A DNA stretch of 63,895 bases, counting the filler, from Perkinsus olseni (taxonomy: Eukaryota): assembly GCA_013115125.1 (NCBI GenBank). It is 7 parts of 7 records of this genome, joined end to end, with 100 filler letters (N's around TTAATTAATTAA, not from the genome) between each part and the next. Parts side by side here need not be neighbours in the genome. Positions count along the whole stretch, not along the records: positions 11,402 to 22,591 come from JABANN010000836.1; positions 22,692 to 33,865 come from JABANN010000837.1; 5 more parts are not named here. One strand, given 5' to 3'. Positions 12,324 to 23,326 of this stretch are shown piece after piece. The stretch's first letter is position 1; the number at the start of each line of letters is the position of its first letter. A program made the translations under genes and the position numbers. The notes beneath the pieces are model-generated. The model did no database searches. It had not been told where the DNA came from and saw only the letters and a list, made by a program, of their open reading frames with translations.

Positions 12324-13182
12324 CTTAGTGCAAACGTATATATAGTGAACGTTATCTTTCTCATCACCACCGATAGCGGAAGTCATACCCATCATAGGCT
12401 TGGCCACAGTGTGCACCTAAGACACGCCGTCTCAACCTCATCACGCTACTGCAGTTCAAGGCAGTACTTTAACAGACCACTGAAAGTCCGGCTTCTGCAG
12501 GTATGTGAGACGGTAGCTTTGCTGACCGTGGGATATGCAGATGTACACGCCTTTGGACGGGTTCAGGACCCGGGAAATCTACGAGAGAAAGTCAATAAAT
12601 TCCCAGCATCATAAGCTTCTCATTCAGACCTCGCTCAGCATCTTTTGTGCATTCTGGCTGGATCCCTCACCACACAGTATGGAGTCAAGCGTCCCCTTGT
12701 CGATAACGACATCGAACATGCCATCAGAGAACTCGAGCGCCCTGATCGAGGACGCTCGAGCATTGGCCACTCGCAGGCAGCGACCTACCTGCAGTCAGCC
12801 TGTTTATACACCATACCAGGCTTATCCTGATATCGCTCCTCCATCTGCTTGATGACCACGCCTACAAGGACAACACTCAAGCAAATTTCTTCTAGGCTTG
12901 AGCTCACTTGATATATCCACATTCACAATGTTTTGGTATCCTTCCTCGTACATCTCCTCGGTCAGCTTCGAGTTACCAGCACCGACGTTCAAAATCTTGC
13001 AGTCTGGCTTCACGTACTCCTGAACAACCTGCAAAGCACAGAGTCAGTGATCGGGCCATCCATGCCGTCATCAACAATTCCCCTACGTCTTTGAGTCCTG
13101 CCCACCGCTGGTACCAATCAAACGGCTCGGGGTCACGAGTGTAACGCTCATCCCAGTACTCAGAGCGACCGTACTGCGCCAT
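12324..13182 (-). CDS. SAM-dependent methyltransferase, EEF1AKMT4/METTL13-N-like, multi-exon (3' end uncertain)
   Basis: Exons read MAQYGRSEYWDERY..FDWY, ILNVGAGNSKL (motif I), VNVDIS, FDVVIDKGTLDSILCG, RVLNPSKGVYICIS, HYIYVCTK, separated by short GT-AG introns. Confidence 0.85.
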
Positions 13183-13473
13183 TGGTGACCAATAGACTAC
13201 TGATCGAGGGGAAGTTGCATTGTGACACTCAAACACAATAATTATTCAGGAAGCTGACATCACTCCTTCAGAATCAGTAACACGATCGAATACAGAAAGG
13301 ACACGACGGAACGGTTGCAATCCGTCAGATCATCAGAAAGCTGTGCATTCGTTCGCCTCGGGCATGCCGCAGAAAAATTTGACGACCGAGGCGAGGGATC
13401 CGGCGCCCTTACACTCTCGCACCATGTAGTGATAACCGGGGGTCATTACCACCGACCAGACGCATGGAAGGCC

Positions 13474-14630
13474 TCAAGAGCACATCTCATCATCGGAACT
13501 ACTGGGGTCGTTAATATGACTGAAGAATGCTATACGACCAGTGGGGTTATGCTTGACAATGAAAAAGAATGGCCTGTTGACTATCATCTCGAAGGCATCC
13601 GGCGGTGGCATCACAAAGGCTCGGTTCATAACCATGGCCGTAGCTGCAGCGCCCTCAGTGCCCTCCTCATTCACTTTGAGGACAGCCTTGTGAAAGACGT
13701 TACTAATCTGCAACGGCTCGTCCGACATGCCAGAATAGTCTCCCGCTATCTCGAGGCCTCCCTCAGCGAGGATGCTCGTCAGGTCCTTCACACCGTACTC
13801 TACTTTGAACTTCGGAAACATGAGCACACCTGGCGTCTGTTTCATTCCTGCCAACCAGGATTGATAAGTAACATCGTCGAGTACAGGATTCCCGTTTGGA
13901 GTGGTAGGTAACGCTATGACAGCCGAATACTCGGGATGACTATAGGGTATAGAAGCCACTTGGAAGTCATCATCAGCGTAATACGCAAAGACCTTCATGC
14001 CCCGCTTCTTCTCGGTGCTCTCGGCTACCATCATCGGCACCATCTTCGAGGTGCGGTTGGGAAGGTCAAACTTCATCGGCCTGGTCGAGTAAGGGTTGAA
14101 CTTGTCTTGCCAGGAGTCCTTGAAGTAAGCAGCGTTGACTAGCACAGCACCGTCCGGCGACGGATCATCGTCGAGTATGTGGTCGATGAGATGTCTTGTC
14201 TTGTCATCAACCCAAGCGTTGATTTTACTTGCAGTCGGCGCTTCACAATAAGCAGTGGTACCGGGTAGGCGCTTTTTGACCGCTTCCACATAGTCTTCAC
14301 TAAGCACCTCGGACCAGATAGAGTTGACCAACAGCATAGCATCAGACGAGTAGTCGTCGTCTAGAAGAGCATCGACGGAGGGAACTCCGGTGAGCTTATA
14401 AATCCTGTCCGCAGTAGCACCTAAAAAAGAACACCTTCATGCTGGACAGCCTTTGGTCGGCTTTTGGACTCACCTTTAGCGCCCAGTGCTGCCATAGCCA
14501 GGGTTTGATACACTGATAACGGGCTGATGACGATATTGGACGTGGAGTCATCGGGCTCCGAGTCCAGCAGTTTGCCGAAGAGGAAAAACGCCAATAGATC
14601 CATTGGCATATTAGTTGATAACTGTGACAT
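13474..14630 (-). CDS. Serpin (serine protease inhibitor), 2 exons, intron 14421-14473
   Basis: NIVISPLSV, LVNAAYFKDSW, MFPKFKVE, hinge VNEEGTEGAAAT and signature IVNRPFFFIV. Start could be 14630 or 14609. Confidence 0.92.
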
Positions 14631-15338
14631 AAACCTGACATGAAGGACATGAACTCTCAGTGGTCTACCACTGCCAGTCAAGAACATAGTCCGCGACGGC
14701 GCGCCAAGCGTACCGGTGTCTCCTTCCAACAGTCGCGCGTCACATCGCAATATCGTAGCAACTGACACTACGACTTCGAGCCCGTTACGACTACTCTACC
14801 ACTACTGTATCGGCGTATACTGTTGGATTAAAGGAGGGGACTTCAGACCATGATTAGGATAAGATATCAGTGCGTCGAGGAGGAATCTTGTTCGCTCGTT
14901 TTTTCCTAGCGGAGCGATACCTCGGCTTCGCGGATATACCGACTTCGTGGCCCTCGCCCGACTCTCATTCTGCTCAGTCTCTGGCTACATGTCTCTCAGT
15001 ATAGTAGGGAATACTCTGAAGCCCCTGAGGAGAATCTCAGAGCTTCGTGTGATGGACTTCTCTCATCATACCTACAGCCTGCCTTGTGCTGCCCTTCGCG
15101 TCACCACTCACCGCTCGGCCTGAGCAGTCTTTCATGTAACTATGTACCGATGTGACGGTAGTCAGCCAGCGTCCGTCCTCTACTACATCGAGCCCAACGC
15201 GATGGACTACTGCCCCCACACAGAGCTCTGCGACTGCTCGTGTCACTGTCCATGCCCCTGCCACGAGACGGCTGCGAGGTGAGCGTATCCGCCGGAGACC
15301 TTGCAGCGGTTTATTAGGATTACAGATGCTGTGCTGCA

Positions 15339-15731
15339 GTGGACATAGGGGACAAGCCCTTGATTGATTGCGTTCGGGACGGCCATCCGGCGTGGTGGTT
15401 GAAGATGGCCGTAACGCTGGGCAAGTGGAGGGAGCTCAATCGACAGGAGTCGGACACCCTCGATACCGCCCTGCACGTGGCTTGTAGGGAAGCTCCCTGG
15501 CTGGTGGTGACGCAGGCCGCCCTTTCAGGTCAACCGTCGTATCATGACTCCAGTCTAGTGGAGCACCTTCTCCGTCACGGTGCCAATCCTAATATTACCA
15601 ACGCTAGAGAGGAGACGCCCCTGCACATCGCCGCAGGGTACGTCGGGCGTGGTATCCCGCGCTATTCTCCTGGGTCAGGTCGAATAACTTGTCCTGCACC
15701 AGACTACTGTATAGCTATGGTAGTAGAGTAG
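15339..15731 (+). CDS. Ankyrin-repeat protein (core exons only; gene ends uncertain)
   Basis: DTALHVAC and VEHLLRHGANPNITNAREETPLHIAAG match the ankyrin consensus. Confidence 0.65.
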   Translation: MDIGDKPLIDCVRDGHPAWWLKMAVTLGKWRELNRQESDTLDTALHVACREAPWLVVTQAALSGQPSYHDSSLVEHLLRHGANPNITNAREETPLHIAAGYVGRGIPRYSPGSGRITCPAPDYCIAMVVE

Positions 15732-15974
15732 ATCTGATGGACTATAAGGACCGTTTACCAGAGGATAGAACTCGAGACAGCCGGGTGAGGCTTCATGGGG
15801 TGCTCCGGTCAACTAGCTCTGGTCTTGCAGATACACAGGCTGTTGACATGTTAAATGTGTGAGCAGGGGTGTTCAACTAAAGCAACCATCTGATCATCAG
15901 GAGCTCTCGTGTTTCGGTGAAGCCGGGTGTAGGGTGATTTCAGATTAGTTTTGTTTCATCTCCGCCCACCCCCT

Positions 15975-17168
15975 ATGTTGTCAACAACTGGATTCACGAG
16001 TCGAGCCATGCCACGGGCTCTGACTGCTGCCACTCGGGCGCTGCAGGCGAGGTTCATCGCAGTCTCCGCTGAGGCAACGCCTAACCCTTCTGCCATGATC
16101 TTTACTCTGGAAGGCAGAAAGCCGGTCCTCGGACAGGGTGCAAAAAGCATGTCTTTCGAGAAGACCCACTGTGCCGACTCTCCTTTGGCAGCCAGCCTCT
16201 TCAGGGTACGTTGGGAGGGTCTGTTCCGGCGTTGATGATATTGAACTGTTCAGGTGCACGGGGTGGACAAAGTTCTATTGGCTGCGCGGCACGCTACTGT
16301 TACCAAGTCTCCCGAGACCGATTGGGAACTGCTGAAGCCCAATGTGGAACTGGTCATATCGCAGTTCTTCGACATCCCCAATATCAAGCCCGTAAGTTGT
16401 ATCATCCACCCCTGCTCTCACCAAGATGGCCATTTCGTAAGGTGACTCCCGAGGCTATCGAGTACACGCCAGAGGGCCAGGAACAGCATAATGATGATGT
16501 CATCAACAGCATTCACGAGATTCTGGAGCAACGGATCAAACCATTTGTAACCATTACGGAGGGAGGGGCAGTGCTGTTTTGCAGCACTTGGAGGCTCGTC
16601 ATCCTCAAGAAGTCAGAGAGTAGTTTTTTAACACGGCAAATTCTTATTCCCCCTTGTCCTCTTCGCCCCGTGTTGACTCTTTGGTCTCACTGGTCATTCG
16701 TTCGTGTGTGGCACATTCTTCTAAAAACTGACGATTGGATCCCTAACAATTTCTACATCTTGATCTCATGGAGTACTATGGTTGCCGTGACAAGCGTGAA
16801 AGATGATGTTTACTTTTCCGAGGGGTGTTATTGAGCAGATTGACTCGCACGGGAGTTCTGTCTTACTCGGGTAATATTGCTATCATTTCAGGTGGAGCAA
16901 GATGGAGGTGATGTTGAGTTCGTATCTTTCGACTCCGAATCAGGCGAGCTCAAGATCCGGCTCGTAGGCTCATGTAAGAACTCGGTTGCAATCGGCCAAT
17001 GAGACCGTCGTATCCGCAGGTTCGGGTTGTCCCAAATCCAGCGTGACCTTGAAATTCGGTATCCAACGGATGGTCTGTCACTACATTCCGGAGGTCAAGA
17101 ATGTTATCAACATTGAAGAAGAGGAAGTGGTTGCCGAAGAGGAGGAGACCGCCGAGGCCCAGGCCTGA
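15975..17168 (+). CDS. NFU1: NFU1-type Fe-S cluster carrier (mitochondrial), multi-exon
   Basis: Arg/Ala-rich presequence, [35 protein letters not shown]; spliced [20 protein letters not shown] (CxxC). Confidence 0.9.
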
Positions 17169-17339
17169 AGTGCAAAGGAGGGAGTCTGTCCCGTCGTATG
17201 TAATCATTGAAGTTGCTGTTCCATAAGTCATCATCAGAGCACTACTCAATTCTTGAGGTGCCTGGAGCTTGCGTTAAGCGTGACATAGAGTCGCCTGTAT
17301 TCGACTGCCGCAGCACTTTTGTTGCCTTGTTCCTTTACT

Positions 17340-18449
17340 ATGATCACCACGGCCGTCCCAGGGATATCGAGCCCAATGAGTCGGGTCCTAGCGTCACACG
17401 CTCCCGCTTCACCCTCGCTTTCCTACGAGACCAACGAGTCGACGGCTGACGAGGCTTCTCCCACGTCCAAACAGGAAGTGAAGGTCTCCTCTGCTGCCTC
17501 GGGAGACGCGAACGCCATGATATTCTGGCTGGAGGGCGACAAGACCATCCTTCCGAGTGGGGCCAAAGGGATGACATTTGAAAATAAGGAGGGCTCATCC
17601 AAAGCCCCTCTGGCTTTGAGCCTCTTCAAGGTGGTACGGGACAGGGAAGGCGAGCTGGCTTTACAGGGATAATGCTCATCGACACTCGTATGCTGACCTT
17701 CGAGAAGCGGGAAGAATTTTTTCGAAGCCAGCTAGGTTGAGTGGGAGCGCTTCGTGGCGAAGTTACGCAGCCTCAGTGTGTTCTCGCGGCTGTTGAGTCT
17801 TTTCTCTTCGTCTCCATCGATGATTTTGCAAGCTGTTCAGATTGAGGGTGTTGAGAGAGTCACTCTCTCCCAACACAACGCAGCGGTGTCCAAAGCCTCC
17901 TCGATCGACTGGTGTTTCGTCAAGCCCAAGGTGGAGTCGGTGCTCTGTAGCTTCTTCGCCATAGCAGGGCTCCAGCCGGTACTAGTCCATTAGCACGATG
18001 GTGCCTCTGATCATCGTCGATTCGATCAGGTTTACAAATCCGCCTTGCAGTTCGAAAGCGAAGCGGAGGAAGCCGAAAAGGCTAAGCTGATGGAGCGCAT
18101 CGGAGAGGTCCTGGACGACCGAATTCGGCCAGTGGTAGTAGCGGCAAATAGTGGAGGTTGATCTCGACTGCCGTGTGTCAGCTTCAAGACGATGGTGGGG
18201 ATGTCGATCTCGCTGACTTCGATGAGAAGACGGGAGTCCTCAGCGTTCGACTGAAGGGAGCATGTAATCCGCACGAGTCAGCGGCGTCGTGTCAACACTC
18301 TCTCGTCAGGTGCGGGCTGCCCTATGTCAAGCGTCACTCTTCGCTTTAGAATTGAGAATATGCTGGTTCAAAGCGTTCCTGAGGTGAAGAAGGTCATTAA
18401 TATCGCTTCCACCGATGTCAGCCACAATCCTAAAGAGATGGAGTTTTGA
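17340..18449 (+). CDS. Second NFU1-like paralogue, multi-exon
   Basis: APLALSLFK, RIRPV-LQDDGGDVDL; spliced GACAGCPMSSVTLRFRIENML. Confidence 0.85.
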
Positions 18450-18776
18450 AGGGCGAGGTTGCAGTTCTAAAAAAGAATACCTCCATGGGCGCCTTGCACC
18501 CGGCTCTCATAGTCCTCTGTTGGCTCCTGTGAGCCCATTCCAAATCTGGCTCAGCTCAGGTCCACGGGCCTATTGACTTGACTTGTATCGTATTTGCTTT
18601 ATTCACGCTCTGTATCAACTGTGCAGAGTGTAGCAGTAGTATTCACAACATTAACGATTGTACTATAGTAAGTTCACCCGGGCTTAATCGGGCTGGTAGA
18701 ATGATGCTGCTCGAGACTTGAGTTGTGTTAAGAGTTTTTGAGGCATTCACTTCTGTTCGTAGTTGACTACCACATT

Positions 18777-20608
18777 ATGGGTACCCCCGAGGGCCCTGTT
18801 CCTTCGTCTGCAATGCAGCCCCTGTCAAGATTGGAAGGCTATCGTATACTGTATGTTCCCCTGTCGAAGGGGTCTCCTCTCACACGCCAGCTCATGGTCA
18901 AGCGTAACGATCAGGCGGCTGATCCGGCAGAATGGCCGAATGAGAGTAGGAAATGCTTTCCCACTACCAGCATCTTTCGTGGTTCCCGATAACGCCTTGA
19001 TATCGCTCGTGTCAACGGAATCGCTGGACAGACTTTTCCTTCGTGTCACTACTGTTGCTGGTACGCGGATTGTCTGAATAGTGTTGGTCTCTCTTCAAGG
19101 GACTCTCTTCGTGGCCCATCTGGACTACTGGGTCACTGAGAAGGCTTTGACGCGGCTTTTTGAGGTCTTCGGTGACGTGGAAAGGGTTCGGATAAAGAAG
19201 GCTGTCAAACCAGCACAGACCAGTGCCGATAAAGCGGTAATAGCATACTGAAGCAGCTCCCCCAGCGAGACTCCGGCGCGGTTGCTCTCAGGATGGCATA
19301 GTGAGGGACCTCGTCTTCGGACACGTGCTGTTCGTATCGGAGGACTCCATGAAGAACGTGCTGGAGAGCCCTAGCGCGTCTATGGAGCTGGTAGTGGAGG
19401 CCTTCTATTTCGGCGAAGAGAACGGCTCATTCCTGGCAGGTTCATCGCGGCTTGTGTCTGCCTTTGGCCAGGAGCGTGTTGAAGACCGCGGAGAAGAGTG
19501 CACTGCCTGCGTCCAGTCAGGTGTCTACAACGAAGACCACTATACACGGCACTCCTGTTGTGTAGGGAATGAGGGAGAGCGATCGTTGAGTCCACTGACT
19601 CTGTTATTTGAGGTACTGTGACCCCCTCACTCTCCAGCGGCATGTTGACGTAGCTATGGCTGAGCATGAAGACGAGGAGGCTGCTGAGAAGCGGCGGCAA
19701 CAAGAGGTCCTTCCATTTTCATCGGCTTCTTCAAGCGACTGTCATCCTTGCAGCCCGAAGTCGATGAAGACGGTTTCACAGTTGTCCGTGGCACTGGCGT
19801 CACTCGCTCTGCGGATGGTCTTGCTGTGAAGGGTTATAGAGTGCCTACCGCAGTGAATACGGCCGTGGACTACGGCGAGCTCTTCGGAGGTAGGTCCACT
19901 CCATGGGTCAGCTAATGTGTATTGAAATAGAACCAATCGGATGCTCTCCCTTCCTACCTATAGTGACTAGTTGTCCATTGTAAGATCTTCATTCATTCCT
20001 GAGTTACACCATTTGGGTCGACTTGCGCATCAAACCCGATCGCACTGTAGTTGGATACTGCCTAATCGAAAGTACTCGGTTGTCTAGATCTTTTTCTAGA
20101 GAGTCTAGACATATTGTAAATAATTAGTGAGATGAATTTTAACTACCGTAGAGGTTTTTGGTAATGCCTTCACTCGCTGCTACAGGTATCGGTCATGGGA
20201 CCAGTCAGCAGCGGAAGTTGGAGAAGAAGAAGGCGAAAAAACAGCAGGTGAGGAAAGCCGATCTGGGTTCACAAGTCTGTTATTCAAACTTTAATTTTTT
20301 CCCGTGAAATTTAATGCTCAAATGCCGTAAGACGGTTTGAAAGATCGCAGCGAGCTGAAGTCCCCTATTTACACAGTCCTGAAGAATCTATTCCTGGTCG
20401 GAGGACTGACGTGTATGATCGCCCTGTAGGTGATGGACTTCTATCGATTCCAGCATAGAGAGCGCAAGCGGGCGGAGTTCATGGAAGAACAGAAGAGGAA
20501 TACCAGGGACCAGGAGTACTATCAAGAACGAGTGAATCGGCTGCTGTATTGCTGTTCCTCAGGACCGTATCCGAGATGAAGAGGAGACGCTTGTTCGAGA
20601 TTAGGTGA
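18777..20608 (+). CDS. RRP7: Ribosomal RNA processing protein 7 (RRP7A-like), multi-exon
   Basis: RRM-like TLFVAHLDYWVTE, PEVDEDGFTVV and C-terminal MDFYRFQHRERKR. Confidence 0.8.
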
Positions 20609-20705
20609 TCACCACCACCCGGCTGCTCCACGGGGCAGTAACGTTTCACCACCAGCTGCTGAAGACGTGTTGAGTTTCATGTATCGAGTGGGCTGCAGGC
20701 GTAGT

Positions 20706-22472
20706 TTACTCGCAGAACCTTCTATCGACGACAAGACTGGTGTACGCCCGTCTATGAGGGTTACAATGCAGCCCACCTAAGATAGATGACCTAGCAACAA
20801 GGAAAGCCTTCTTCGACATGAGAGTCTCGATAGAGAATTCTCGGGGCCCATGAAGTCTGGGGTCTCGGGTTCCATCCGGGTTCGATCCGCCGTTATGAAC
20901 GGTGAAAGCATCGGTGTTCGTAAACGGCGAATGCATCGGTCTTCGTAGCCAACCGAGTTCACACTAACGGGCGATATTACCAACGCAACGCTATCGCATT
21001 AAAAACATATTCCTATTATAAACTTGAAAAGGGTAACATATGTTTCGTACAGAACTCGGGTACATCCTCGGACTCCAACATCGCTGCCAACTCTGGCGAG
21101 ATCTCCACCGAGTTCGGCCGCCAGTCTTTGCTAGGCTTCCCGGTGTGATATGTAAACCTAGTGAAGCAAGGGAGGTGTACGGTAACGCTCAAGTATAGTG
21201 AACCAAGGGAGGTGTACGGTAACGCTCAAGTATAGTGAACCAAGGGAGGTGTACGGTAACGCTGAATACTAATGGATCAAAAAATGAACTTCCTGGACTA
21301 ATGAATGCAGTCAGGTGGATCGCAACGATCAATACCCCCGTGTAATACCTGAACTTCCACTTAAGATCCATCGGCTTGTAGATGTCATGTTGGCAGTCAC
21401 CTGGGTACGCTAAGATGATTCTGGAAGGTGTTGAGATGCCCGGGATTGGCCTTGGTTTGATCGGGTACCTGAGCACTCATCCATGTGGCTTCCCCACCTT
21501 CACCGTTCCAACCTGAAGTAGCTCCTCGATAGCCGCCGGGCCCGAGCGGCAATCGCTTCCGGCCCCAGCGAAGCCGCGTTTTGCAGCATAGTGAGGGTGT
21601 GCCACTGGGGAGGGGGTAGTAGCATGATGCCCCCACCGGCTTCGTACCTACTATTAGTCCATCTGCCGACCCAGTACTGCCCTACCTACTCCTTCAAGAT
21701 CTGTGATGGTGACCGCCAGACTAGCTGTGTGGTCTCTCTGCCGTCAGAAATTGCTGCAGCCCGAACGCTCTGGGCAGTCCTACTGTCGCTCTCGAGAGCG
21801 TAAACGTAGAAGCGTGTAATGAAGCCACCTGCCACTTGCAGTTGAAAACCACAGACTCGTCCCACCCAGTACCACCTTTCTTCGTCTTCGCCGCCTCGTA
21901 GTCTGGAGTCTGGAACTGGCATAAATAAACCATCCTAGAGACGGCCTCGGAGACATCCAGATCAATGGAGGTCTCTTCTTTGAGCTCTCGTAGAGCGCAT
22001 CTTCGGAATGCGAGGTCCGTGACGTCCCCCGGGTTACATCGGGAGCAGCAGCAACGACTGACGACAGCCGACGGTGAACTCGCCTTAGGAAGCGGCGAGC
22101 GGGCACCTACTTCGTTCTCCCAGCTAGGTACTCCCTGGCCCATTTCTCATCGTCCTCCTCCAGTTTGCCGCCCGGAAATACCAGAGCATGCGGCATGAAC
22201 CGACTGCTGCCACTACGACGGACCTGGTGAGCAGCCCTAAGGCGGCGAAATCGCCTCTCCCCCAAAACCATCGTATTTCCAGCGCTACTCAGTTCGCCGC
22301 ACTGCGGTCGCACACAAAGTGCGAAGAGCGTAGAATTACGACCAGAGTTCAACAGTTGATTCAAAGCCAGGGCGCCGACTGACTCCCAGCAGCAGCGGCG
22401 GCTTACCATGCATATCTTATCTCCAAGGAATAGGAGTATACTGGCCGACTGACTCCACCGTGGCCTCGACAT
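20706..22472 (-). CDS. Nudix hydrolase, NUDT19-like, multi-exon
   Basis: RFMPHALVFPGGKLEEDD, CALRELKEETSI (Nudix box), FITRFYV, DGRETTQLVW, LLPPQW. Confidence 0.8.
21159..21263 (+). repeat. Tandem repeat, 37-bp unit, ~2.8 copies, intronic
   Basis: TAGTGAACCAAGGGAGGTGTACGGTAACGCTCAAGTA starting at 21159, 21196 and 21233. Confidence 0.95.
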
Positions 22473-22591
22473 CTCCGTGAAGATTGGCAACCACTCAAAA
22501 ATGAACGGAATATGCTTACCGGCGCCCGGAAAATGCTTCCGGCGCCCGAAACTTACTTCGCGCGCCCGAAAATTACTTTCAATGCCCATAA

Positions 22592-22691
22592 NNNNNNNNN
22601 NNNNNNNNNNNNNNNNNNNNNNNNNNNNNNNNNNNTTAATTAATTAANNNNNNNNNNNNNNNNNNNNNNNNNNNNNNNNNNNNNNNNNNNN
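22592..22691. other. Artificial contig linker
   Basis: N-run with TTAATTAATTAA. Confidence 0.98.
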
Positions 22692-23194
22692 ATGAAATTC
22701 GATTTTCCGTGCCCTTTTAAGTCAAACGAAAAAACATTTTATTTGCTCGGGAAAAGGTGTAGAGCACACCACCACCACCCTGCGATAAACCCAGAGAGAA
22801 GAAAGACCAGACGATCATCATATGAACACTCTCAGTCGGCTGCCTCCCCGACGCACCATTGCTTCTATTGCGGCAACTAAGACCTCCCCTAACCACCTCC
22901 ACCAACTTGACTCGACAACGCTGTCCACTCGGAGAAGGCAGTGCAATGGTACACGTCTACGATAATTACAACCATATCGGCTGTTGTCACCGATGCCCTA
23001 TCCGTCGCCGCTTCCCCGCTACTGGGCCGGTGGGAGCGTTCGTTGGGGTCGTACTCCTGAGGAGCAACTCCAATCAACTCTCGGAAAGAGGCGATCCCGT
23101 TCTTCGTGATAGGAAAGCGAAAAATGACGCCACTGGTTCATTGACCGATTCTCTCCGTGTTTCTTAGAAGTCTCAACTCATTATTCGGAAAATC

Positions 23195-23276
23195 CTAGGA
23201 AGTTACCTTAATTCTCGCGATTCGCAGATCAAATTGAGACCCACTGCGATGAAATGAGCAGCATGCCACATACCTC

Positions 23277-23326
<50 letters not shown>

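Noticed and set aside
21159-21263. 37-bp repeats as a CRISPR array
   Set aside because: The units are contiguous with no spacers, lie in a eukaryotic intron, and no cas genes are present.
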